A DNA stretch of 64,000 nucleotides from the human T2T-CHM13v2.0 reference genome, Homo sapiens, in the NCBI RefSeq assembly GCF_009914755.1, contig NC_060928.1; one strand, given 5' to 3'. The notes beneath the pieces are model-generated. The model saw nothing but the letters and a program-made list of their open reading frames with translations. It did no database searches and was not told the DNA's origin. This document shows, piece by piece, positions 12,006 through 25,517 of this stretch. A program made the translations under genes and the position numbers. Position 1 is the first letter of the stretch. Each line of letters opens with the position of its first letter.

Positions 12006-14099
12006 TGAAGAACACGTTCCTGTTCTCCTGGGTGGTTCACCATTTTGCCTGTTGTCCCAGGGTAATTATTACTGGCTTGTCCTTTAATTCTCAAAATGTC
12101 CTATTTGTGATGATGAATTACATCATTAGCCTACCCAGAACCCAAATCCTTATCAACAACACAATACTGCCTCCTTGGCAGAAAGCTAGCAGTGCTGAGG
12201 ATGAAAAAGGGGAAAATGAAGAAACTGTTGCTAAGAACAGTGAATAAAGTTAAAATGTAACATCTCAAGGGGCTAGTCATATACCAGGTGTTTTTTTCCT
12301 TATTATAGAAATGTAATTTGAATGCTCCAGATGTCACTAACCTGTCAGCAAAAATGCAGTCTCATTAGCTTCAATGAACAAATTCTAGTTACCATCTGGA
12401 TAATGCCAAGACATCATACTTCCCTCAAAGTCTTTCCCAGTTATGTTAGAGTCTCCAGAAGATATACCACATACCTGTAGACAAAATGCTTTCTAGCTCT
12501 TCCACCTTGCCTCCTACTTTGCAGGGACACTGTTCCTATCTCATATGCCCAATAGGAACTGCACTCTCTCAAGCACCCCAGCCTCTCTCGCTGCTCTGCT
12601 GTGCACAGCAACACTCTGCTGGTGGCTTCTATGCAGGATCCCAAACTACCCTGAGTTCTGTGATGATGCAGAGCTAAAACAGGACAGCTAGCTAACCCAC
12701 TCTTTTCTGCAGTTTCTCACTTGGGTCCATAAGAATCTGTTCTTACCCAAAGTGTCATCAAATTATTCATGAATAGTTCTTTCTGTTCATGGTCACAGAC
12801 CCTCTTTAAACAAGGCCTTAAATCAGGTTATTACTTGGAGAACAAGAGGTGACAAAGAATTAGTCTGTGAGCTCATTTCCTCCTTTTCATCTTTCTTAGC
12901 CCCCATGCATTTGAAAGGAAGAGAAGGAGAACAAAAAAAAGGAAAGAAAGGAAAAAAGGAAGGAAGGGAGGAAGTCAAGGCAAGGTAAGCGGAAGGGAGG
13001 GAGGGGAAAAATAAAAGGAAAAATGCATTTAAAAAATTTTCTCCTCTTTTTTCTACCATGCAAATTATTACCTACTCACAATTTCCATAAAAAAAATCAG
13101 TTTTTGTTTCAGAGACAGAAAAATCAATCTACTTTTAGTAATTGTTTAGTTCAGTTTAAATATTTGAATCATTCAAGCTTCCTCAGAATAGGTCAGATGT
13201 TTTATGTCAAAATGTAATCCAGATGTCATTCAGTTGAGGAGTCTTGAAATGAATTGACCCTTTAGACAATAATTTGACCAAGCTTTCTCCAAAGCATAAG
13301 CTATTACTTAAGTATCTAACAGCGACAGCATTAAAGGCTTCACTGGACTAATTGGGTGTGACTGAGACAAACATGAATTTAATAGTATCTCAGTTCCAGC
13401 TTGGGAAATGAAGGTAATGAGTCAGGTTATATTGGCCTTTGGACTCATGCCTGCAGTCCTCTCCCACTGCCATCCAACTGACTGGAATGCTTGCTTTGTC
13501 TCCAGACAAGATGGGCCTGGAGAGCATGAGTAAATCCGGGGCTCAGGCCAGGGCTCAGTAGATCTGACACCTGCATCCAACGCAAGAAACACTGAATGCT
13601 GAGGGGAGGTTCCTGGGACAAGGACCAAAACACCACCCCTTATTCTGACAGAGCTGCACCAGTAGTGATACAAAACTTAGAAACAAAAGGCTGCCAATTC
13701 CAGGGAGCATATGCTAGTCTCCCTCTCACTGGGGGTGTTACAGGGGAGCCAGCAGATAATCCCAGAGTTTCTGACATCTGATGCTAAGAGAGCCTCTGCT
13801 GTTAAGACTACCATGGAACAGACAGAGTTATTCTAGTTCCTCTGGAACCTTTCCTGTCACTACCAGCCAGTCCCTGCCAATTCATAGGGCAGGACAGCTG
13901 CTCACCCCACCACTATCCAGATTGCCACAGCTTAAAGTAACCAGTAGCTGGCCCTGTCTGCCAAGATATAAAGGACCATAAGTATGCAAAGGAAAATAAT
14001 GCTATGCTCCAGGAACCCAAGAGTCAAGTAGAAGAAGAAACAGAACACCCAAAACAGATGGCTCCTATCAGAATAGAAGAGATGGAGACAGAATAGCAC

Positions 14100-17000
14100 T
14101 TGAACAAAATAACGTAAGAAAACATACCATTAAAGACCAAAAAGACTTTCTACAACAACACAAATATGATTTTCTACTTTAATAATTCAGTGAATACATT
14201 GTAAAAAGAGGATAATCATTAAAGCCTGATTTAGTAGCCTAGAAGATACAGAGGAGGAAATAATTCAAGACATAGAGGGGGAAAAAGTGGGGAGAAGGAG
14301 GAATTAATATCTCCAGAGTAAAGATAAGCAACATATCAACAGATCCAAAAAATATAACACAGAAATTGAGGTTTTATAAGAAAAAAGTAACTACAGAAGG
14401 AAGGGTAATTAATCAACTGATAGAAAATTATATTGCTTGAATTAATCCAAACTTGAATGTACAAGTTGAAAGAATTTATAAAGCTCCAGAGTTCCTATTG
14501 GGACTATAAGAAAATACACAAAATAGGTATATCCTGGTAAAATTCCTGAACCCCAAAGATAAAAGAAAAAATTTGTACATGATTCCAGACTGAAAACTAT
14601 GATATCTTAGTCAGCTCAGACTACTATAACAAAAATACCACAGACTGAGTGGATTAAATGACAAATATTTATTTCTCATGATTCTGGAGAGGCTGGGAAG
14701 TCCAAGATCAAGTCACTAGCAGATTAAGTATCTAGTGAGGGAGCAATTGCTTCCTGGTTTATAGAAAACTGCCTTATACTCGTATCCTCACATGGCAGAC
14801 AGCAGAGAGAGAGGAAGCAAGCGCTCTCCTGTCTCTTCTTATAAAAGCACTAATCCCATCATGACTCACCCTCACAACCCAATTACCTCCCAAAGGCCCA
14901 TCTCCAAATACCATCACACTGGGGATTAGGGTTACAGCATACAAATTTTGGGGAAATACATTCAGTCCATAGCATGCAATTACAAAGAAAAAAGCATCAG
15001 ACAAAGTATTGAATTTCTCATCAACAACATAGGAAGTTAAAAGACAGTTGAAAAAAATCCTCAGGTTGTCAGGAGAAAGGAATACAACCAAACATATTTA
15101 CACAAACAAGGACAGTTCACATGTCACATAAAAGTAAATATATAAATATAAAAATAAATATGTTTATGGAAAGTCAGTATTTTGAGACTACATACCCAAG
15201 TATTCCAGCTGAGCATGATGATCAACAAAAAATAAATCAGAAGAAAAACCGCAAGACAGAAAGACAAAGAGGAGAGCAGACAAAGGTGAGCAATAATCAT
15301 TCACTGGAATATCTACATCAATATTTATAGGTAGATGGATGGGTGGATAGCTGGATCAATTGATGAACTGATTGGTTGACTGACTGATAGATTTATATCA
15401 AAATGGAAAATGAGAAAGAGACTGGAATTATACACAAAGTAAGTTCCAAATAAGAATTCTGGAAATGGAATATTAATAATATAAAGAAAAATCCAATGAT
15501 CTTCAAGTAAAAATAATTAACTTTCTCTGCAAAACCAAAGGAAAAGGGCAGAGTAAACGCATTCTAGACTGAAGAGTGGGTGGAAATAGTAACTTGTTCA
15601 TACATAATTGCATATATAGTGTTTATAACAGCTTTGTGTATAATAACCCTAACCAGGAAATATATCAAATGTCCATCAACAAGAGAATGAATAATTTATG
15701 ATAGATAAATTCAAATAACAATTTTATTTGGAAATCCAAATAACAATTTTTAAAATGTAATACTGTTATATACCACATAGATGACTCCCAGAAATGTTAA
15801 AAGTGAAGGAAGTCAGACAGAAAAGAGCAGATGCTGTATGATTCCCCTAACAAGAAGTTGACAAATTATTCTATGGTAATACAAGTCAATTTGGTGGTTA
15901 TCTCTTGGAGTGGTGTACTGACTGAGGAGCAGCACAGGAAATTTTCTGGGGCAATGAAAATGTTCTATATGTTCATCTAAATGGTGGCTACACAAATGTA
16001 CAGTACAGATATGTAAAATTCATCCAGCTGTAACTTAAGATTTGTGCACTGTAAGATTTAAGACTTAAGAGCTGTAAATTTAAGAGTAGGTAAGTTATGC
16101 CTCATTAAAGAAACATTTAAAATAAAGAAACTAAAATTAGAACTCTCTTAGAGAAGAGTGAAAAATGAATACTTCACACCAAAAAAATTAGGAGAACTAG
16201 AGTGATAGCTAGAACAAATTTGTAGCATTGTAAAGGGAGAACAACTACAAATAAAGGAACTTAATACACCTCTTTAAAATTTAAATAATAAAATAAGCAA
16301 AAAATAAAATTAGTAATGGTAGAAGCTGACATGAATACAAAAGAAAACAGAAAATAAAAGAGTGTAAATTCAAATCCTAGTGGTTTAAAATAATTAATCC
16401 CATAGAAAATCTTTGCAAGCTTTCAAAGGAAGAGTAGAGAAGACATACAAGACAATAAGAATGAAAAGAGACATAACCATCTGTAGAGAAAATATTAAAA
16501 TAAATTATGAGAACATGAAAAACAATTTGATTGTAATATACTTATAAACCTATAATAAATTAAAAATTTCCTAAAACTAATATAAACCAATAGTGGTACC
16601 ATAAAGTACCACTATTAATCAAAAAAATTGGATATTTGAATAAAGCAATAACTTTAAAGTCAATTGAAACAGGGATCAATGATTTTCCTTTCAAAGAAGC
16701 ACTGGAACCCAATGTTCCTACCTAAATTTTACCTAATCTTTAAGGAAAAATAATTCCAGTATTTTAATTAAACTTTCCTCAACCCTAGGAGATCACAGAA
16801 AAATCTTTATTTTATGAAACCAACATAATCTCAACTGCAAAATTTGAAGTTATCGAAATATCACAGACTAGCTTCATTTATGAAAGTAGATGAAACATTC
16901 TACGTAAAATATTACAAAATAGAATGTAGCAAGATTTTCACTATAAAAAAGTATATTTATTTTAGGAAAGTCACTACAATGCCAGCAAATCTGCTAATAA

Positions 17001-18100
17001 AATGTATTAAATCAAAATATTAAAACAAAAATATGTGATTCATAAATGTTAAACTGGCAATAGATTGAATCAAGCAGTCAATCCTACCAAAAACTTTATA
17101 ACAGACACATGGATAAATACAACAGAACAAAGGGCCCTTAACTAGATTTAAGCATATATGAGAATTTAATGTACAAAGAATTATTTCCACTTAGTGGTCA
17201 AAAGACAGTAAATGATATTGATATACACAAATATCTAGCTGGAAGAAAAATAAGTTGGACCTCTACTCACACCACCTTCAGATATAAGTTCCAGATGTAT
17301 TAAAGGTTTGTAAAATAATAATTTTAGAAGAAAACATTAATAGGTTCTATGTGTACCTTGGAGTTTGAAAAATGTTTTTAACCAAAAAAAGGTAAACCAA
17401 AAGTGTAAATATACACTAACTACATAGAAATTTAAAGATTTCATATTACCAAAGATAACATAAACAAAGGTCATAATTAAATGACTGGTACATTGTTGTA
17501 AAATAAATGACAAGTGAAGGATTAATATATAAATAGGGTAAAATGTGCATCAGTAAGAAAAAGACAAATAAAAAATTAAAAAATAGACAAAAATTATAAA
17601 TAGGCAATCCATAGAAGAGCTACATATATATGAAGAGCAACTATATATCACAGAAATGTAAATTAAAGTAAGTGTAAATCATTTCACACTCATCACATTG
17701 GCAAATACATCTACCATTGGGAATTTAGAAATAAAAAGATGTGCTCAATTTTGCTGAGAAATTTGAATTGATAATCATTCTGGAGATATCAATCAAAATT
17801 AAAAATATTTATACACTTTTATCCAACAATTTTACTCTTATAAATCTGTTTCATAAAAATAGAAGCACCAATCCAAAAAGATGTTTGTAAGGGCACCAAA
17901 CTATAAACAAAGTAAATTCTGACTAACTGGAGAATGACTGAATAGAATGGGGTATATTTATATCATGGAACATTATGAAGACATTGAAACGGGTTAGAAG
18001 ATTCTCATGGCGATTCCAGACAGTGTAATAAACAATGACCATAAACATGTACTTTCATATGCATATATAAGCAAGAAGAAGAGCACTGAATATTTTTTAA
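14100..18100 (+). mobile_element. Very old L1 (L1ME/MD-like) ORF1-ORF2-3' remnants with nested insertions
   Basis: Long A-rich plus-strand tract with decayed L1 motifs (aattcctgaaccccaaagataaaagaaaaa; aaaataagttggacctctactcacacca; aaatgtccatcaacaagagaatgaataa). No long ORF. Confidence 0.7.
14603..14974 (-). mobile_element. MLT1A-like solo LTR nested in the old L1
   Basis: tcttagtcagctcagactactataacaaaaataccacagactg...gggaagtccaagatcaag...cattcagtccatagca. Confidence 0.85.
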
Positions 18101-18957
18101 TTTTACAAAAATATATTATTTATATCATCAAAAAAGTTCTTTTCACTGTGAAAAATTTCAAAGAGCTATAAAAATGTAAAAAATGGCTCCTCAAATAATT
18201 TGCAGCCTGCTTACATTACACAAATGGAAATTTAATCTAGACAAATGAAACCTACTTGTCTGTGCAATCATCATGACAGATTAATCCATGTTTAATGTAT
18301 AAATATACTATAATGATAAAATGCTCTCAACAGAACTAAAATGAGCTGATATTGTTTTTGACAATGAACAAATGTGTAAATAGTAAAACTAGAAAGTTCT
18401 ATGAAAAAATATTTTATGGCAATATTTTAAATATGTAAACTGTGAATGCAACATATTACTATCCAGAATTTAAAAAATTACCTTGCATAATTTTTATTTT
18501 GTTGTTGTTTCCTATATATTTTGCTTATTAATGAATGTTTTATTCCATTTTAAGGAAATAATTTATTACAAAAATTTTTAAATAATATATTCCATTATTT
18601 ATTTTTATAGCCTCTTGGAAAAGTAATAATATATAGTCAGTTTACAGGACATTTACAGATCAGTACAGCAAGAGGAATTCTAGTTACATGCCAAAATACT
18701 TTCCTATCTGACTCCTGGAATTATTATCTCAGCAAGAACTAACGGGAATCAGCATATCAACTTGCTATAAAAATATCATGATTATCGTTCCCATAAACTA
18801 TCAAGCACTAAACTAAGCATGGTGCTGGCCACACATACCAAAGCAGATTTAATAGTTGAATCTTTTTCACAAGAATAAGAAAGACTAAGGATATGAAGTG
18901 ACTACTATTTATGAACCTGAAGATGTGTTGCTTTATATGTGACATGTATTTCCCTCT

Positions 18958-19292
18958 TATTATGGATTAAATGTTTGTGCCTTTCCCCAAATTCATATGT
19001 TGACACTTCAACCCCCAATGTGATAGTATTAGCAGGTGGCTTTTGGGAGGTAATTAAGTTTAAATTAAGTCATGAGGATGGCACCTAACAAGAGCTCTTC
19101 CTTCTGCCATGTGAGGATGCAGCAAGAAGGCTGCCATCTGCAAGTCAGGAAGAGAGTCCTCACCAGACACTGAATTTGGCAGCCCCTTGATCTTGAACTT
19201 CCCAGTTTCCAGAACTGTGAGAAATATATATTTATTGTTTAAGCCACCCACGCTATAGTATTTTGTTAAAGCAGCCTGAGCGGAGTAAGATA
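18958..19292 (+). mobile_element. MLT1A-like solo LTR
   Basis: tattatggattaaatgtttgtg...ccaaattcatatgttga...gcagcctgagcggagtaagata; flanks cctct/cctgt are TSD-like. Confidence 0.85.
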
Positions 19293-19644
19293 CCTGTTGA
19301 ATTTCAGTATGTATTATTCTAATTTACACAGGAGTTAATAAGGTTCCAAAAGAGAAACTTGCCCAAGATTATACAGCTAGTTTGTGGTGGAACCAAAATT
19401 AAAATAAGTTATATTTCACTCAAGTCTTTTTGCTTCTCCCATGCCATGCTGTGTTAAAGTAAACACAGCCATGCAGCAATATGAAGAAAAAAGTGATTTT
19501 CTGAGACAATGTTCAAAGAATAATGCCACTTTCCTTTCCCTGACATCAGCAATCGACTCAAGAACAGTATTTCTTCCTAGTCATCTTGTACATAATAGGT
19601 ACTTAATGATGCTGCTTGGATATCTTCATGAGAGATTTATCTTG

Positions 19645-19962
<318 letters not shown>

Positions 19963-20728
19963 TAGAATACTCAGTTGTCTCAACTGAGGCACCATGTAGA
20001 ACCCAAAAAGCTTCACAGCTTAACATTTTGTCAATCATCACTTATCAATTCTTTGAGTTAAGGCATTAAAATATTTTATAAAATTACATATCTGCTACAT
20101 GGCAAGGATAGTATTATGCACCCATGACTATCTCATCAGATATTACTACATAACATAGGTAATCTCAAATTCTGAAAAGATGAGGTAAAATGTAATCATC
20201 CAATTGCCTTGGAGAGCTCTGAAGAAGTGGCTCATGGGAGAATCAAATGTTTGAAGTAGGAGAGTAAATTAGGAAAGAATAAGCCTGAGGAATTGAGGTA
20301 ACAGAACATGGCAATGAGGATTCTGGGTACAGAAAATGAGTATAAAAGTGTGAACATTGATGGAGGACTCCCCAAGACAAATTTCTCACATGCCACAGTT
20401 TGTCTCAGGCTAGTTTAAATGCTCAGTAGATGGTACTTCTGACCATCAGTTAACTTGACAGACAGTGTACCTTGCACTATAGAAGCTCTCTGAGGTATGA
20501 ATGGCATTCTGCTTGAGATGAAGCTTACAGGAGCAAAAGGAAGAATTTTTTTTGCATAAGAAGTAAAAGTATTTTTATTCTGCTGCACTAAAGGGTCTTC
20601 ATTAAATAATATACTCCTTTAATAAGTGAAAAAGTAGCAATAAAGCAAAAGTAAAGGAATTGAGCACAGAGACATAATATTTAATGAGCAAAGTTTATTA
20701 TGAAAAGCAAATATTACTGGGTAGGAAA

Positions 20729-21025
<297 letters not shown>

Positions 21026-21429
21026 AGAAGAATACGTTTTAAAAGGAAGGTTTTTGTCATTCCAAATATTCTGGTTTTGAGTTATTATATTTTACTTCCC
21101 TTGGGTTGGCGACATATTTTTCTCATAAAACCATAAAGGTCTCATCCCATTTCAGGCTTTCATTGGCATTGACCAACAGTGTTTTCCTACAGGCCATATG
21201 CTAGGCTACAGGGATTTTGCCAAATCTTTGAATAAAGATTTGCACTATTACCAAAAGTCTACAACTCTACAGAGAATATCTCTAACATAGTCCAGTTTTC
21301 AGTTGCAAGGATTCCAAAGGTTATAAAATGCTCCTCTTGAGAGGTTCCTGAATCCATCATTCTCATCATACCCTGTAAACCCACTTAACTGAGCTTTCCC
21401 ACTCTCTTACAGGTCCAGTGGCAATAGCT

Positions 21430-22078
21430 TCCCAGCCAATTCTTCATGCTTCCTCTTTTGGGCCCCACAGCCCATTCACATGAAAGTCATGCCACTCTTT
21501 CATAATATAAGTCATATGAAGTCTCCATCATATTTACAATAAAATCCAAAGTATTTAATGTTGCCTTCAAGATACTCTATGACCTAGTTCTTGGCGACTG
21601 CTCCACTGTTGTTTCCTTTCACCACCTGCCTTGATCCATCTGTTCCAGCTACACTGGCTTTCTTGCTGTCTCTCATTATCCACTCCTGCCTTAGGACTTG
21701 ATCCTTCCCACAGTCATCAGCATGGTTCCCTCCCTCACTTCCTTATGGTCCCTGCTCAAACACCATGGTATTCCAAACAATTATTCTGACCACCCCAAAG
21801 AAAAATGTCCCCATCTTGCTCTCTATCTTCTTACCTTGCTTTAGTTTTCTTCATAGAACTTATCACTGATTTGACATATAAATATATATGTGTGTATGTG
21901 TATATATACACATAAAATATATAAAATTTATATGTATACATATATATAATTCCCTCTCCAGTACAATGTAAGCTTCAGGAGGGCAGGAAATTTGCTTTAT
22001 TCATACTGTACCCATGGAACCTTGAAGAACATACAACATATAAGATGCTCAATAAATATTTGTTGAATTAGTGAATGG
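21430..22078 (+). mobile_element. L2 3' fragment with (TA)-rich insertion
   Basis: aataaaatccaaa...atgtaagcttcaggagggcagg...gctcaataaatatttgttgaattagtgaatg. Confidence 0.8.
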
Positions 22079-24419
22079 GAGAGAAAACTCTATGTATCTA
22101 TGGGAACAACCAGGAAAGCAATCTCTGTGTATCCAAGAGAGGATACAGAATTGACACATAGACTAAGTTACTGGAACATAAAAGTAGTTTTGAAATATAT
22201 TAGTCCTGAGACAGTATCATGGCAAAGGGACTGGAAATAGATTAAATCCCAAATTCTTAATTAAATCTATTTAGTTTCTCTTCATGTTGTACTTTACCAC
22301 TGATAGTTACCACTAGGGGCCTGATTCAGATAAGACAGTCACAGAGATTTTATTTCTAGGTAGAAAGAACAAAGAAAAGGCTAACACCTTATCCAATGAA
22401 GATATATCTAGCTATCATGTTACCTACACCTGCATACTCAGACACAGACACCCCCACCCCCCCACCCCCCCCACATACACACACTAATTGCGTTCAGTTA
22501 ACATCATAGCCTATTTTAAACCATAAAATCTCCAGGTAGAGAAATAGAGAGGCACAGATTCCTAAAAATGTATGGGCTACTTTGTTTTATGTTCTATATG
22601 CACAATTATCACATTTATTTTCTGAGGAGTGGTGGGCTAACAAAAACTGGAACTTATTTGCAAGGATGTTTTGGAAATACTTTTAAGAAAAACTTCCATA
22701 CTTCATGTATATATTCAATATAATTAGACAATACTGGGATTCATGTGAAAAAGTTTTACTCAGGAGCAGAAATGATAGAGTAAGTTATAACTGTGTCTAC
22801 ATGATAAATTTACTATATTGATTGTATGATAAGATTCTATGAAGAACTATTTGATTCATTCTCTTTGTTATATGCGTAAACTCATCCCTTAAAAAGTGAC
22901 ATGAGTTTTACCTCTTAAGCATCTGTATGGTACGCCAGTTCTGAGTAAACTCCTTTCTAATTCCTTTCAAATGGCAAGAAATTATGGTAACAAGATAAAC
23001 ATTTGAGAAGATATTTTTCTCTATTTTTGTAAACTCTGTATGTTTCAACCTAAAAAAGTTCAAAACTACTGTAACCCTCACTCATTGTTTGCTTCCTTCT
23101 TTCCTCCCTGCATTCTTTCCCTCCTTATTCCCTCTCTTTTTCCAACTGCAACTTCCTTCTCTTTCTCCTTCCCTTCTTTCCTTCAACAAATATTTATCAA
23201 GCTTTTTTAAAATGTGTGAATCCTGAGCATACAAAAAGGCATAAGATAATGACCAGGTGCTTATAGTCTAGTATGTAAAAGAGGAAAAAGCATAATTTCA
23301 ATGCATTTATCACCAGCAACTGTTATAAATATGTAGAAATTTCTTGGATGTAAACTGGCAGCCATCAGTTTTTAAAATTAGTTATATGTAGCACTAGCAC
23401 AACTGAGCCCCTCAGAGGAGACTGCATACTAGTTACCATTCTGTTTTACTTTTATTTTAACAATTAGAATAATGATCTTTTTAATATTTAAACATTTTCT
23501 GTGATTAAACTGTCCATTTCTCCTGACTCATAACAGACACTGGCCTGGTACTGTTTGTTAACTTTCTTATGAACATATTGTTTATAGTAGGTGTCTTATT
23601 AATGTAAGTGGTCATTGAAGGCTCATTCTTGGCCACATAAGAGGGTAGCTTTGCCTGACACGAGGGCCAGCTCCACTATCACCTCATGTATCTGAATCCT
23701 AATCTTATTTAATCCCCTCCCAGCTTTCACTTTTGTTGGGTGACTCATGCTTGGCCGGCTCTGCAAGTGTGTCCTAAGTTCACAACATCATAGCAGAAAA
23801 TAATGCAAGTGTTCCTGTATAGATACAGTCTCGGTATACATGAAAGTTGTTTTCACCTTAGAAAGCTCAAAAACAATATACAAACTAATAAATATAAGAG
23901 CAGCAATATGTCTTTTACCTAGTATACAAAGGCAATGCTGGTATGATGCCAGGGTCCATTAGGGATTCTCAGTGCCTACCAGGAGACACATTGGCAAGAG
24001 ACCTACAAGAGATTCCATGTTTGAAATAATATTTCCCAAGAATCACACAGAATACTCATGAATAAGAAAGTATTACCTGGGAAATACTACAGGATCTCCA
24101 CAAGCTTTCCTGACAAAGAGTTTTGGAAAGTTCTGAGAGGAGCATGCTTTTTCTGAAGGATAATTATCTTTTTTTTTTTTTTTTTGTCCCAAGACAAGAA
24201 AAAAAAAGAGACTGAATCATTTCTTTTTATCACTAGAGGACTATGTGGGGGCATATACTACCTCTTTACAATTTTTTCCTACACTACTAATTTTAAAGGA
24301 AAGTATGAAAGATTTTCCTTTCATGTTTCTTAGCTTAGTATGGGCATGTGGCCTTCAATCTGCTGTGGCTGGTGACACCATCTCTTCCCTCCTTTCTACA
24401 AACAAGGTTCTATTTTATG

Positions 24420-24905
24420 AACTGGGTATTAGCAGTGAACATGCAAGGTATGGCCCCTGCCACACTGGAAATCAACAGGCTAGTAGAGGGAGATGGACCA
24501 TAAACAAATACAGAGAAACATGTGTAATATAATCTCAAGTAGTAATAAGTGGAATGAAAGAAAATAAATATTAAGGTAATGAAGCAAAGATGGAGGGCAG
24601 AGGTCAGTGGGAAGACAGCAGGCTATTTTAGAGAGAAAAGTCAGGAAGGGGCTTTATGAGTAACTGATATTGAAGCTGAGACATGAGTCAAACTCTTACA
24701 AAGGGAGCCATGAGGGAAGAAAATTTTAAATAGAAGAAACAGCAAATGCAAGTAATTTAGTGTATTTAAAAAGTCAAGTTATCAGCCTAATTATAGTACA
24801 GTGAGCAAAAATGAGAGGAATAGGAGCTGAAGTCAGAAAGGTAGAAAATGTGTCATTTGTTAATGTTTATTCTACATGTGATAGGAAGGATTGAGAGAAT
24901 TTTTA
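24420..24905 (-). mobile_element. L2 fragment
   Basis: agcagtgaac...aagctgagacatgag...aacagcaaatgcaa antisense L2 motifs. Confidence 0.6.
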
Positions 24906-25151
24906 TATTTTCATTTTGAAGTATTTCTGACATATAAAAAAGAAATAAAGAAATAAATAAGCATCTCTGTATCTAGCGCCTGACTTAAGAAAACATATAA
25001 GAGAACTGAATCTCCTTCATTTCCCAACAGCAACAGACAACTAAGGTTCTTAGAAATAAGTATAAAAAGGGATCCATAAGTTCTTTATAGAGAATTTTTA
25101 AAAGGCCTTTAAAAAATACAAAAGAAAACTTAAGTAAGTAGATAGCCTATT

Positions 25152-25517
25152 TGTATTGGACTATTCTCACGCTGCTGACAAAGACATACCCGAGACTGGG
25201 TACATAAAGAAATAGAAGCTTAATGGACTCACAATTCCACATGGACAGGGAAGCCTCACAGTCATGGCAGAAGGCAAAGGAGGAGCAAAGGCACATCTTA
25301 CATGGCAGCAGGCAAAGAGAAGTCCAGAATGAAGGTGAGGGAAAGCCCCTTATACAGTCATAAGCTCTCATGAGAACTCACTATCATGAGAACAGCATGG
25401 AGGTAAATGCCCCCATGATTCAATTACCTCCCACTGAATCCCTCCCATCACATGTGGGGATTATGGGAATTACAGTTGAAGATGAGATTTGGGTGGGGAC
25501 ACAGCCAAACCACAACA
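25152..25517 (-). mobile_element. THE1B/C solo LTR, sense to the host gene
   Basis: tgtattggactattctcacgctgctgacaaagacatacccgagactggg...gggacacagccaaaccacaaca; perfect 5-bp TSD ctatt (25147-25151, 25518-25522). Confidence 0.93.

Noticed and set aside
12920-13025. Purine-rich tract as a functional element
   Set aside because: Ordinary GA-rich low-complexity sequence with no additional support.
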